Source: an uncultured Candidatus Actinomarina sp. (GTDB lineage Bacteria > Actinomycetota > Acidimicrobiia > Actinomarinales > Actinomarinaceae). From it: a stretch of DNA of 64,000 bases. The translations under genes were made by a program, and so were the position numbers. Of this stretch, positions 50,407 through 58,599 are shown piece after piece (position 1 is the first letter of the stretch; the number at the start of each line of letters is the position of its first letter). The notes beneath the pieces are model-generated. The model was given only the letters and a program-made list of their open reading frames with translations, did no database searches and had not been told where the DNA came from. The DNA is taken from positions 1 through 64,000 of the forward strand of contig CACPJC010000002.1 of NCBI GenBank assembly GCA_902634185.1. Reading direction: 5' to 3'.

Positions 50407-52086
50407 TTATTTTCTGTAGGCAACTTTAAATACTCCGTCATCAATAATGATTATATCCTGACTAGACATAGTGCAATTCAAATTTGCCCAACATTGATCG
50501 CCTTCACTTGGTCTAACCCAGTTACCAATGTATTTTTCATATCCAATATTTTCGTTAATCATCACATTTGCTCTTGGATCATCCAAAAATATTTCATTAT
50601 TAAAAAGAAGGGCTTCATACGACTGAAGTCTGACGACAAAAAATACTGATATAAAAATTAAAAAATATTTAAAGTATGTATTTATTGTAACTTTTGGGTT
50701 TCCTGAGAGAAAGCCAATTAATGATACTGCTAACAAACATACTCCAATTGCATATCTTGGAAGAGGCCCGTAAAACAAAAGATATAAGAAATTTAAAAAG
50801 ACAAATCCTACAGAGGTAAATTGCGTAACTAGTTTATTTTTTTGTCTTGAAAAGAAAATATATTTGAGAAAAAAAATTACCAACACAGATCCTATAAAGT
50901 TGTAAAAGATCTGAACACGTGCTTCAAAACTATTTTTAACTATACTCGCAATCCAATCCGCAAAGTTTGTTCCAAAAACATAGCTTCTACTTGTAAGCTT
51001 TGTATAGTTTTCAACCTCTGCTGTTGATCCACTTATATACCAATCAAAACTTGATAAACAAGTAGAGTCAACTGGATAAACCAAACATCCTGTTGTAAAA
51101 ATCGACTTTATAAACCATATTGCTGCAATGACTAGAACAGGTAAATGAAGATAAATATAGTCTCTCATCTTAAAAATATTGCCTTGAAAAATACTTACTA
51201 TAAATATGAAATACAATATAAAAATTAATACACCGGAAACTTTAATTTCATAAACAAAAAAACATAATAAAGAAATAAATACTATTTCACTTTTTGTTAT
51301 ATCTTTTTCTTTTATTTTTTTTAATAAAACAATTGCAATAAACCAAAATAAAATTCCAACAGTTGTGTCCTGTTTTGTTACATTTTGAATAAAGGGAAAT
51401 CCATTTCTCCCACCACCAATTCCAAAGTTATCAAGAAGAGAATATATTAATAAAACAAGGGCAATGTTGTACAAATCATTGTGTTTTTTGCTTATAAAAT
51501 AAGCTTTGATAATTAAATAAAAAAAATGAAAAAAATAGATATTAATAAAATGTAAAAATATAAAAGAACTATCAAACCACAAAATTGCTGATAGGTACTC
51601 ATAAATAGATGACATGCCAAAGGCAAAGAAAATGTTTACCATTCCAATAATTGCTTCCGAGTCACGTAACCAACTCTGATGTAAAATGTGATAGTATCCT
51701 GCATCATAATGAAAAGTGATATCAAGAGCTGAAACTAAAAGCAATCCAGGTATAAACAAATAGTTAAAAATATAATCAAATTTTTTTATTTTTTTTATTT
51801 CTATTTTGAAAGTTTTTAAAGTAAAGAGAGGCAGTAACAGCAAAATAATAGCTAGAACATTGTTACCTAAGGGAACAAAGAAATTAATTAATATAAGTAA
51901 ATTTCCAAAAACTAACAATCCAAAAAGTGGAGATAAATATTCAATTTTTGTAAACAGTAAATAATTATTTTTTTCTTCTTTAGTAAAGATAAAAATTTTT
52001 TCTATTGCATATTTTCCAAACAAATAGAAATACATATAAAAAAGTGTGTATTTCAAGTAGATGATTAGATATGTAGAAATTAACAC
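50407..52086 (-). CDS. LIC_10190-like membrane protein, paralog 3
   Basis: HYDAGYYH, DNFGIGGGRNG, TGCLVYP, GDQCWANLNC. Confidence 0.65.
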   Translation of the reverse strand: MLISTYLIIYLKYTLFYMYFYLFGKYAIEKIFIFTKEEKNNYLLFTKIEYLSPLFGLLVFGNLLILINFFVPLGNNVLAIILLLLPLFTLKTFKIEIKKIKKFDYIFNYLFIPGLLLVSALDITFHYDAGYYHILHQSWLRDSEAIIGMVNIFFAFGMSSIYEYLSAILWFDSSFIFLHFINIYFFHFFYLIIKAYFISKKHNDLYNIALVLLIYSLLDNFGIGGGRNGFPFIQNVTKQDTTVGILFWFIAIVLLKKIKEKDITKSEIVFISLLCFFVYEIKVSGVLIFILYFIFIVSIFQGNIFKMRDYIYLHLPVLVIAAIWFIKSIFTTGCLVYPVDSTCLSSFDWYISGSTAEVENYTKLTSRSYVFGTNFADWIASIVKNSFEARVQIFYNFIGSVLVIFFLKYIFFSRQKNKLVTQFTSVGFVFLNFLYLLFYGPLPRYAIGVCLLAVSLIGFLSGNPKVTINTYFKYFLIFISVFFVVRLQSYEALLFNNEIFLDDPRANVMINENIGYEKYIGNWVRPSEGDQCWANLNCTMSSQDIIIIDDGVFKVAYRK

Positions 52087-52091
52087 TTAAG

Positions 52092-52304
52092 TTAAATTAT
52101 TTTAAGAACTCTAAGCACTCTAAAGACTAAAAAGATTATTACAAGACAAATAGTCCAACCCAATATTATATCTCCCAAATCAGCGCCTACACCTATCTGT
52201 TTTGCGCTACCTGCACCTCCAATAAAAGCACAAAGGGAATAGCCGAGTACTTTATAAAGTTCTAATTTTTGTTTTTTATCTAAGTTTTTGAATCTATGAA
52301 ACAT
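52092..52304 (-). CDS. Small two-TM membrane protein
   Basis: Two hydrophobic segments; TAAGAT-N6-ATG; C-terminus LVFRVLRVLKII. Confidence 0.6.
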   Translation of the reverse strand: MFHRFKNLDKKQKLELYKVLGYSLCAFIGGAGSAKQIGVGADLGDIILGWTICLVIIFLVFRVLRVLKII

Positions 52305-52322
52305 ATATGTATCTTAATTGTT

Positions 52323-52571
52323 TTAAATAAGTTTAAAGTATTTTAAAGCCCGGAATACCACATATAAAGTTATAAAAAGAATTCCTAGAGCATAAATAAC
52401 TTCACTGACGCTTACATTTGGAGGTATATGAAGTCCGCCATATCCTAAAGCAAGTACAATTCCAAAAACTATTTTGATCCATTGTTTTTTTCTTTCATCC
52501 GAATCTTCTATTTCTTGAACGGTTTTAAGATTTTTTTTTATATAAGCATAAATAAGCTGAAAAAAATTCAT
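52323..52571 (-). CDS. Small two-TM membrane protein
   Basis: TATAAT-N6-ATG; C-terminus VVFRALKYFKLI. Confidence 0.6.
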   Translation of the reverse strand: MNFFQLIYAYIKKNLKTVQEIEDSDERKKQWIKIVFGIVLALGYGGLHIPPNVSVSEVIYALGILFITLYVVFRALKYFKLI

Positions 52572-52620
52572 AAGTAAATTATATAAATTTGGACGACATA
52601 TCGCACGATGTTTTGTTTTT

Positions 52621-52654
52621 AAAGAAAGCTAGTAAGAAGTAACCCTTTTAGCTA
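52621..52654 (-). terminator. Possible intrinsic terminator after the displaced tRNA-Phe 3' end
   Basis: Minus strand AGCTA...TAGCT imperfect hairpin followed by TTCTTT. Confidence 0.35.
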
Positions 52655-52655
52655 T

Positions 52656-52701
52656 TGGTGGCCAGAGGCAGAATCGAACTGCCGACCCCTTGTTTTTCAG
52701 A
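52656..52701 (-). repeat. tRNA-Phe 3' half duplicate with encoded CCA (attR-like)
   Basis: 52658-52701 is identical to 53311-53354 (44 bp). Confidence 0.9.
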
Positions 52702-52819
52702 TAAAGGCAGACCACTTGACCTTATCTTATTGTAACTTATTCGTTGTTAGTTTTCGCTCATTACCTAGAGCTTGTATCAAGTAACGAGCAGTAAATAAAT
52801 CACAATAAAGAAACCTAAG

Positions 52820-52841
52820 TGGCACAGTTTTGGCACAGTTT
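52820..52841 (-). repeat. Doublet TGGCACAGTTT x2 (AAACTGTGCCA x2 on the minus strand)
   Basis: Read directly; abuts the cargo stop codon and lies 119 bp from the core. Confidence 0.85.
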
Positions 52842-53225
52842 TTATTCTTTTTCAACTAACTTGTTAACCAGAATAAACAATGATCCACCTATAAGAGTCC
52901 ATAGTATATCATTCCAATCAAAAACACCTCTTCCAGGTGTGTATTTTGCAATGAATTCGTTACCTATTAGGCCAACCATAGAAATCACTACTGACCACTT
53001 CAATCTATTTTTGTAAACTGATGAATTAGATTTAAATACCTCTGGAATGCTTACATAAAAAAAACTTGGTATGCCGATGCCTGGAAAGAAGTTAGGAGCT
53101 ACTCCAAGAAAATAAATTACAAGATCGTTTCCACCAACATAACTGGGTCTAATGTAGCTTTGAACCAAGCCAAATAAAAAAAATGAGATTCCAAATATTG
53201 TGTAGTACAGAAAGTGTTTCTTCAT
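52842..53225 (-). CDS. Small membrane protein, VanZ-like C-terminus (cassette cargo)
   Basis: About 4 TM; APNF, GNEF, GVFDWNDILWTLIG. Confidence 0.6.
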   Translation of the reverse strand: MKKHFLYYTIFGISFFLFGLVQSYIRPSYVGGNDLVIYFLGVAPNFFPGIGIPSFFYVSIPEVFKSNSSVYKNRLKWSVVISMVGLIGNEFIAKYTPGRGVFDWNDILWTLIGGSLFILVNKLVEKE

Positions 53226-53311
53226 ATATTGAATATATTACTTTATTGGCTATTACAAGTGTCTGTCGAGAAGTTTTGTGACAAAAGTCTTTAATTTGTT
53301 TAAAAACCTTG

Positions 53312-53384
53312 TGGCCAGAGGCAGAATCGAACTGCCGACCCCTTGTTTTTCAGACAAGTGCTCTACCGACTGAGCTATCTGGCC
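53312..53384 (-). tRNA. tRNA-Phe(GAA)
   Basis: Acceptor GGCCAGA/TCTGGCC, anticodon arm CTTGT-CTGAAAA-ACAAG, GTTCGATTC. Confidence 0.95.
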
Positions 53385-53389
53385 TAAAG

Positions 53390-53464
53390 CGGGGACGACG
53401 GGATTCGAACCCGCGACCTCCTGCGTGACAGGCAGGCGTAAACTCCAGACTTTACCACGCCCCC
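53390..53464 (-). tRNA. tRNA-Asp(GTC)
   Basis: Acceptor GGGGGCG/CGTCCCC, anticodon arm CCTGC-CTGTCAC-GCAGG, GGTTCGAATCC. Confidence 0.95.
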
Positions 53465-53533
53465 ATTAGGTATAAAAGATTATAATCCCAAAAAAACTCA
53501 AACCAATATATTTCATTACAATAATATAAGGAA

Positions 53534-54997
53534 ATGAAGTTAAGTAGTTTATTAAAATACTCGTCTAGATTTTTAGTTCTTCAGGTTGTTCTCACTTATA
53601 TAACAATTTTCTTTTTTAACAGTTTTTTAATTCCTACAAAATTTTGCGAATTGTGTATTGGTAATAGTTTCAGATTACAAATAAATAGTAATCTATGGGA
53701 AGATCGAAATAGATTTTTTACGTTCTTACCTGAAAGATTTACAGAAATTGAGTATTTTTTAGGTTTTTTTATTTTCATTTTTTTAATTATTCTCTATTCG
53801 ACTAAGTTTTACACTTATGTAAACGAATTAAGTTATTCACTTGATAGAAACTATCTAGACGAGTATATTTCAATATATTTATTGTGGACAAGCACATTCT
53901 TTATTTTCATAACAATCTTTAGAATTTCAAGTTTAATCTCTAGAGGATATCTTTTAGTATTTACATTTTTGATTCCAATAATTTTATTATTATTCAGAAA
54001 CAGCGAATATCTATCTTCTTTACTAGGAAGATCGGTAACTAATGAAAATTTCATAACTTTTAATTTAGAGGAAGACTCTATGTTTAGAAATTTGAGGATA
54101 ATGACATTTAGGAAAAATATAGGAAATTTCAATGTTGATAATACAAACGATACAAATTCAATTATCGAAAGAATTGATAGATTAAATAAAGAAATAAATG
54201 TTAACTTGATAGTTCTTAATATAAATTTTTCAAATAAGATCGATGAGAATTTAGAAAACTACTTAATAAAACTTAATAAAAAAGTTCTTATTATTTCAAA
54301 GGAAGAACTAAGTTTTAAAAACTACTTTATAAATCGAAAAGAAATCTTGTCAGATTATTATTTGACCTACTTTAATAATGATATCCAGTACGGATCGAAG
54401 TATATACTTAAGAGATTTCTTGATATAATTCTTGCTGTTATTGGTATAATTTTGTTTTCACCTCTGTATCTAGTAATAATGATTTATATTTATTTTCTTG
54501 ATGGTTCAGAAACCATAATTAAGCAGGACCGGGTTGGACTTCATGGTAGACAGTTTAAAATGTACAAATTCAGAACTATGAAGAAAGGTTCTCACAAATT
54601 GAGAGAAGAGTTGGAAGAATTAAATCAAAACGACAAAGCTATTTTTAAAATTGAAAATGATCCAAGAATAATTAATGGCACACAGTTTTTAAGAAATTAT
54701 AGTTTAGATGAATTACCACAGTTCTTTAATGTATTAAAAGGTGAAATGTCAATAGTTGGACCTAGGCCTCTATTTAATGAAGATACTAAATTATTTGATC
54801 GTAACTACATGAGAAGATTAAATGTAATGCCTGGTATTACGGGCCTACTGCAAATAAATGAGAGAAATACTTCAGATTTTGAAAGGTGGTACAAATATGA
54901 TATTGAATACATTGAAAATTGGTCATTGTTTCTTGATTTTAAAATAATTTTGAAAACCCCTTTCTCATTATTTAATAGCAGGTCAAAAGGAGTCTAG
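53534..54997 (+). CDS. Priming polyprenyl-phosphate sugar-1-phosphate transferase (WcaJ/CpsE family)
   Basis: KRFLD, FKMYKFRTM, DPR, SLDELPQ, GEMSIVGPRP, PGITG. Confidence 0.9.
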   Translation: MKLSSLLKYSSRFLVLQVVLTYITIFFFNSFLIPTKFCELCIGNSFRLQINSNLWEDRNRFFTFLPERFTEIEYFLGFFIFIFLIILYSTKFYTYVNELSYSLDRNYLDEYISIYLLWTSTFFIFITIFRISSLISRGYLLVFTFLIPIILLLFRNSEYLSSLLGRSVTNENFITFNLEEDSMFRNLRIMTFRKNIGNFNVDNTNDTNSIIERIDRLNKEINVNLIVLNINFSNKIDENLENYLIKLNKKVLIISKEELSFKNYFINRKEILSDYYLTYFNNDIQYGSKYILKRFLDIILAVIGIILFSPLYLVIMIYIYFLDGSETIIKQDRVGLHGRQFKMYKFRTMKKGSHKLREELEELNQNDKAIFKIENDPRIINGTQFLRNYSLDELPQFFNVLKGEMSIVGPRPLFNEDTKLFDRNYMRRLNVMPGITGLLQINERNTSDFERWYKYDIEYIENWSLFLDFKIILKTPFSLFNSRSKGV

Positions 54998-55070
54998 TGG
55001 GTCGGGTGGGAATCGAACCCACGACCTTGAGCTTAAAAGGCTCCTGCTCTGCCGATTGAGCTACCGACCC
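54998..55070 (-). tRNA. tRNA-Lys(TTT)
   Basis: Acceptor GGGTCGG/CCGACCC, anticodon loop CTTTTAA, GGTTCGATTCC. Confidence 0.93.
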
Positions 55071-55109
55071 TGAATTATAATAATAATCTAAAAACGAAGT
55101 AAGTTAGTA

Positions 55110-55310
55110 TTATTCTTCTTCTGAAAATTCATAATTTTTTAAATCGTTTAATTGTTTAAAAGTTTTCTCAAGTACATTTGATATTTCTTGTAGTTCAGTA
55201 GCTTCATCAAATTTTTCACCTATTTCTTTTAAGTATCTTTTAAGTAAGTCTTCAGATTCAGATATGTTATCAAGTAATTTTTTGAGTAGCTCATCATTTT
55301 CACTTTTCAT
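55110..55310 (-). CDS. Small acidic coiled-coil hypothetical protein
   Basis: 66 aa with heptad pattern; fills the intergenic space. Confidence 0.5.
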   Translation of the reverse strand: MKSENDELLKKLLDNISESEDLLKRYLKEIGEKFDEATELQEISNVLEKTFKQLNDLKNYEFSEEE

Positions 55311-55323
55311 AATTCACCTTAAA

Positions 55324-56166
55324 CTAAATTCGTGATTTATCTTCGAATTTTAAATTTGGTTTTTTATTTAATCTTTGCCTAGCCCACCTGGCAGGAGGAA
55401 TAAGCCTAAAAAAAGGTGGCAAAAAGGGTCTTGTAAATTTTAGTAAGTTTAAGTTAAATGAAAGAACAAGTGACTTAAATATATTTGAATTAACACCATA
55501 AATCTTTTTGAATTCTGGAGGTAAAGTGTTGAAAGCAGTGAAAGAAATAAAGGGCCAAATAGGTTTAATGTGTTTAGGTACTGGTCCTCCTGAAATAATT
55601 TCTTGAACGTCTATGGCAACATCAGTTAATTTAAGATAGTTTTCAGTTCTGCTTTTTTTGGTTACCCATGTCTTTAAATCTTTGTGAGTTTGAGGCATTT
55701 TATCAATATCAACTAATACAAGTTTTGCAGCAAGCATATTTTCTTTGTGATATAAATTTTTTTCTTCATCGGTCAATTTTTTAACTGTTTTTTCGTAAAA
55801 ATATATCGAAGACAATTGCAAACATGCATGAACCCACAAAAGTTGTTCATGATCTAGTGCATCGTAATATCCACCTGTAATAGGGTCTTCACCTTTAATT
55901 ACTTCGTGTAATCTATTTATTCTTGTAGCACTATCATCAGCCTCATCTTTTGTGCCAAATGTTACGGAGTTCTGTAATGATAATGTTCTTATAAGTCTTT
56001 TCCATGGGTCTCTCTGGTAAAAAGAAGTTTGACGTGCTCCTGCAGCAATTAATGGATGAGCAGCATGCATTAATAAAGCTCTCGCTCCTCCAAAGAGTAC
56101 GGTAATTTCCTTATTTATTTTCCACATCATGGAATTTGGACCAAAATAGCCTGGATCACCTTTCAT
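55324..56166 (-). CDS. Oxygenase MpaB/DUF2236 family protein
   Basis: GYFGPNS.MW, GGARALLM..AHP, INRLH, YDALD...LLWVHA. Confidence 0.85.
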   Translation of the reverse strand: MKGDPGYFGPNSMMWKINKEITVLFGGARALLMHAAHPLIAAGARQTSFYQRDPWKRLIRTLSLQNSVTFGTKDEADDSATRINRLHEVIKGEDPITGGYYDALDHEQLLWVHACLQLSSIYFYEKTVKKLTDEEKNLYHKENMLAAKLVLVDIDKMPQTHKDLKTWVTKKSRTENYLKLTDVAIDVQEIISGGPVPKHIKPIWPFISFTAFNTLPPEFKKIYGVNSNIFKSLVLSFNLNLLKFTRPFLPPFFRLIPPARWARQRLNKKPNLKFEDKSRI

Positions 56167-56272
56167 ATTAATAAATTTTATCAATATAAAAAAAGAATGA
56201 TTACATGAATAATGAAATTAATTATTACTCATCAATGAATACATTGATAATATAATTTAATTTAATAAGAAA

Positions 56273-56581
56273 ATGGAAATTGATTTAAATTTAATTGAAG
56301 AAAGCTGTGGTAAACAGCCTGAAAATCAAGAATTCTTTATTGTTGGAAATGATCCTAATTTTGTCTTTGAAAATGATCCTAATTTTGAAACTCTAAGATT
56401 GTTTGATATTGATGGAAATATAATTAACGTAAATTCATGGTTTGAGTGTGCAAATTACGTGAATGGTGGATGGACCTTAAATTATAGTAGCTTTAGTGGT
56501 GATGTATTTTTCTTTGGTGCTACGTGTGGATTGCTGCTTCTGTATTTTTCTATAAAAATATTTGTAAGTAAAAAAACATGA
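56273..56581 (+). CDS. Hypothetical protein with C-terminal TM
   Basis: Coupled to the next gene (ATGA overlap); short NDPNF duplication. Confidence 0.55.
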   Translation: MEIDLNLIEESCGKQPENQEFFIVGNDPNFVFENDPNFETLRLFDIDGNIINVNSWFECANYVNGGWTLNYSSFSGDVFFFGATCGLLLLYFSIKIFVSKKT

Positions 56582-58599
56582 GAACAAAAACAATATCTGG
56601 TTTTATTTTTTTTCTTATAATTTTATTGCCATTTACAATTTCTGATAGAAGTGATGATATTGCCCCTAAAACTTTAGACGAATCTACTGTAGGTTTTTAT
56701 CAATCTACTACATGCAGTATTTCATTATTTGAATTTGTTATCAAAAATTTAAATAATGAAATATCAATTTATTACAACAATAATGATTACGTTGATATCA
56801 ATTGCTATGGAAAGATTACAGGTGTTGACTTAAACGGTGAAACTTTTTTTGTTTCAATTGGAACAAACACAGCGATAAACCTAATATTACAGTCAAGTAT
56901 TTGGTTGCTACTATTTTATTTGATTCCAAAACACAAAAACAGCAATACATTAAATTTCTTATCTTCCCTCCTCATACCTTTGATTTTTATATTTCAATTA
57001 ATTTCAGAGGAAAGGTTCTATAGTAGAACGAACGTGTTGTATGATTCTAAATTAGAAATCAATAACTATTACATTTTTGGAAATCTAATTATATTCTTAC
57101 TTATTGGATTAATTTGTTACGATCTTTTGTCTTGGAGATATAAAAACTTAATAAATTATTTGCCATTTACATTTATTTTTGTAGGTACATATTCAGGTAT
57201 GAACTTGAATATATTTTTGATCATTCTTTCATTCTTTGGGGTAAATAGTTTACTCTCAAAAAAGCTAAACAAATATGACTTTATATATTTTTTATTTTCA
57301 ATATTTTGGATGTTAAATATAGAATCAAATGATTATTTCTTTGATGGAGATAAATTAAGAGGATTTATTAATTCAAACTATACAATTTATTCACAATTTT
57401 TTTGGTTAGTAATTTTCTACCTATTTGTTAAAGGATTAAATTTTCTTATTGATGAGGGTAAGCAATATTTTAATAATAAATTATTTCTTAATAATCTATT
57501 GATATCTGGATCATTGGTTCTCTTTTTTGGAGTTTTAGGTTCTAACAGTTCAGTTATAAATTTTTTAAATTTCTTTGTTTTTGGTCAAAATAAAAGAGGT
57601 ATGAAGACCTTTGAAAGTGTAGATGGAAATACTTGGAGAGGCTTTTCGGCAAGTGCGGAATCTGTAGGTGAATTTTATGGATTTATTATTTTGTTCTTTT
57701 TTATATTTTCGTTTATTAAAAAAGAAACTTATGATTCAAAAATGATTGTTCTTTTGATTCCAATTATTTATGGACTTTACAAATCAAATAATTTTGCTTC
57801 GTTTTCATCTTTGACAATTTTTATCATTTTAATTGTTTCGTATCAATTTTTAGCTAAAAGAAACCTTCATAATCACTTTTTTAAAATACTCATATTTTTT
57901 ATAATTTCACTAACAAGTGTATATCTAATTAATTCAGATTATAAATATCTAAGTACAGAACTACTATTTGAGTCAACTTTACATCAGGGTTTTTACGAAA
58001 ATCCTGGTACTTACGAAAATTATCAAGTTATTGAAAAGAAAATGTATGAGAGAGATTTGAAAACAATATTGTTAAATGAAAAAAACTTTAATGAAGCTTC
58101 CAATAGTTATAAGTTTCTTGTAAGTAGATTTACAAGCAACTTTAATCTCCCAATGGTCCCAAATTTAGTTGCTTTTATCTCAGTGATATCGCTATTAATA
58201 AATAGAACAGAAATGTGGGGGATATTTATTGCCAAATACGATCCAAATTTAATAGAGACAATTTTTGGAAATGGACCTTTTCAGCTTAATGAATATCTTT
58301 ATGGAGAGAAGGTTTTTCTGGATGTTCCATATTATAAATTAGAATCTTTATTCTTACCCCATTCCTCTTTATTAGATGTACTTATTTTTTTTGGATCTGG
58401 AGGACTGTTTATCCTTGTTTCTTATATTCTTTTTGCTTTATATAGATCAAGCAAAGTAAATATATTCTTTTTCCCATCGATTTTTTTGATCATAAATTTA
58501 TTAAAAAGTGACTCAATTCTTTACTTAAATTCATTTCTATTAATTGCATTTTGCATAAACACGCTATCAAGAAATTTGGAGCAAAGTAATGAAAACTAA
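56578..58599 (+). CDS. Large polytopic protein with O-antigen ligase-like C-terminal region
   Basis: NRTEMW, FGNGP, PHSSLLD...G motifs; many TM segments. Confidence 0.6.
   Translation: MRTKTISGFIFFLIILLPFTISDRSDDIAPKTLDESTVGFYQSTTCSISLFEFVIKNLNNEISIYYNNNDYVDINCYGKITGVDLNGETFFVSIGTNTAINLILQSSIWLLLFYLIPKHKNSNTLNFLSSLLIPLIFIFQLISEERFYSRTNVLYDSKLEINNYYIFGNLIIFLLIGLICYDLLSWRYKNLINYLPFTFIFVGTYSGMNLNIFLIILSFFGVNSLLSKKLNKYDFIYFLFSIFWMLNIESNDYFFDGDKLRGFINSNYTIYSQFFWLVIFYLFVKGLNFLIDEGKQYFNNKLFLNNLLISGSLVLFFGVLGSNSSVINFLNFFVFGQNKRGMKTFESVDGNTWRGFSASAESVGEFYGFIILFFFIFSFIKKETYDSKMIVLLIPIIYGLYKSNNFASFSSLTIFIILIVSYQFLAKRNLHNHFFKILIFFIISLTSVYLINSDYKYLSTELLFESTLHQGFYENPGTYENYQVIEKKMYERDLKTILLNEKNFNEASNSYKFLVSRFTSNFNLPMVPNLVAFISVISLLINRTEMWGIFIAKYDPNLIETIFGNGPFQLNEYLYGEKVFLDVPYYKLESLFLPHSSLLDVLIFFGSGGLFILVSYILFALYRSSKVNIFFFPSIFLIINLLKSDSILYLNSFLLIAFCINTLSRNLEQSNEN

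Larger units (their letters stand above)
52658..53354 (-). mobile_element. Integrase-less single-gene cassette at tRNA-Phe (653 bp core-to-core)
   Basis: 44-bp direct repeats of the tRNA 3' half, an 11-bp doublet and one cargo gene. Confidence 0.8.

Noticed and set aside
56347-56387. Short duplication AAATGATCCTAATTTTG as an arm-type doublet
   Set aside because: It lies in frame within a coding region (NDPNF twice), and no tRNA fragment or spacer is nearby.
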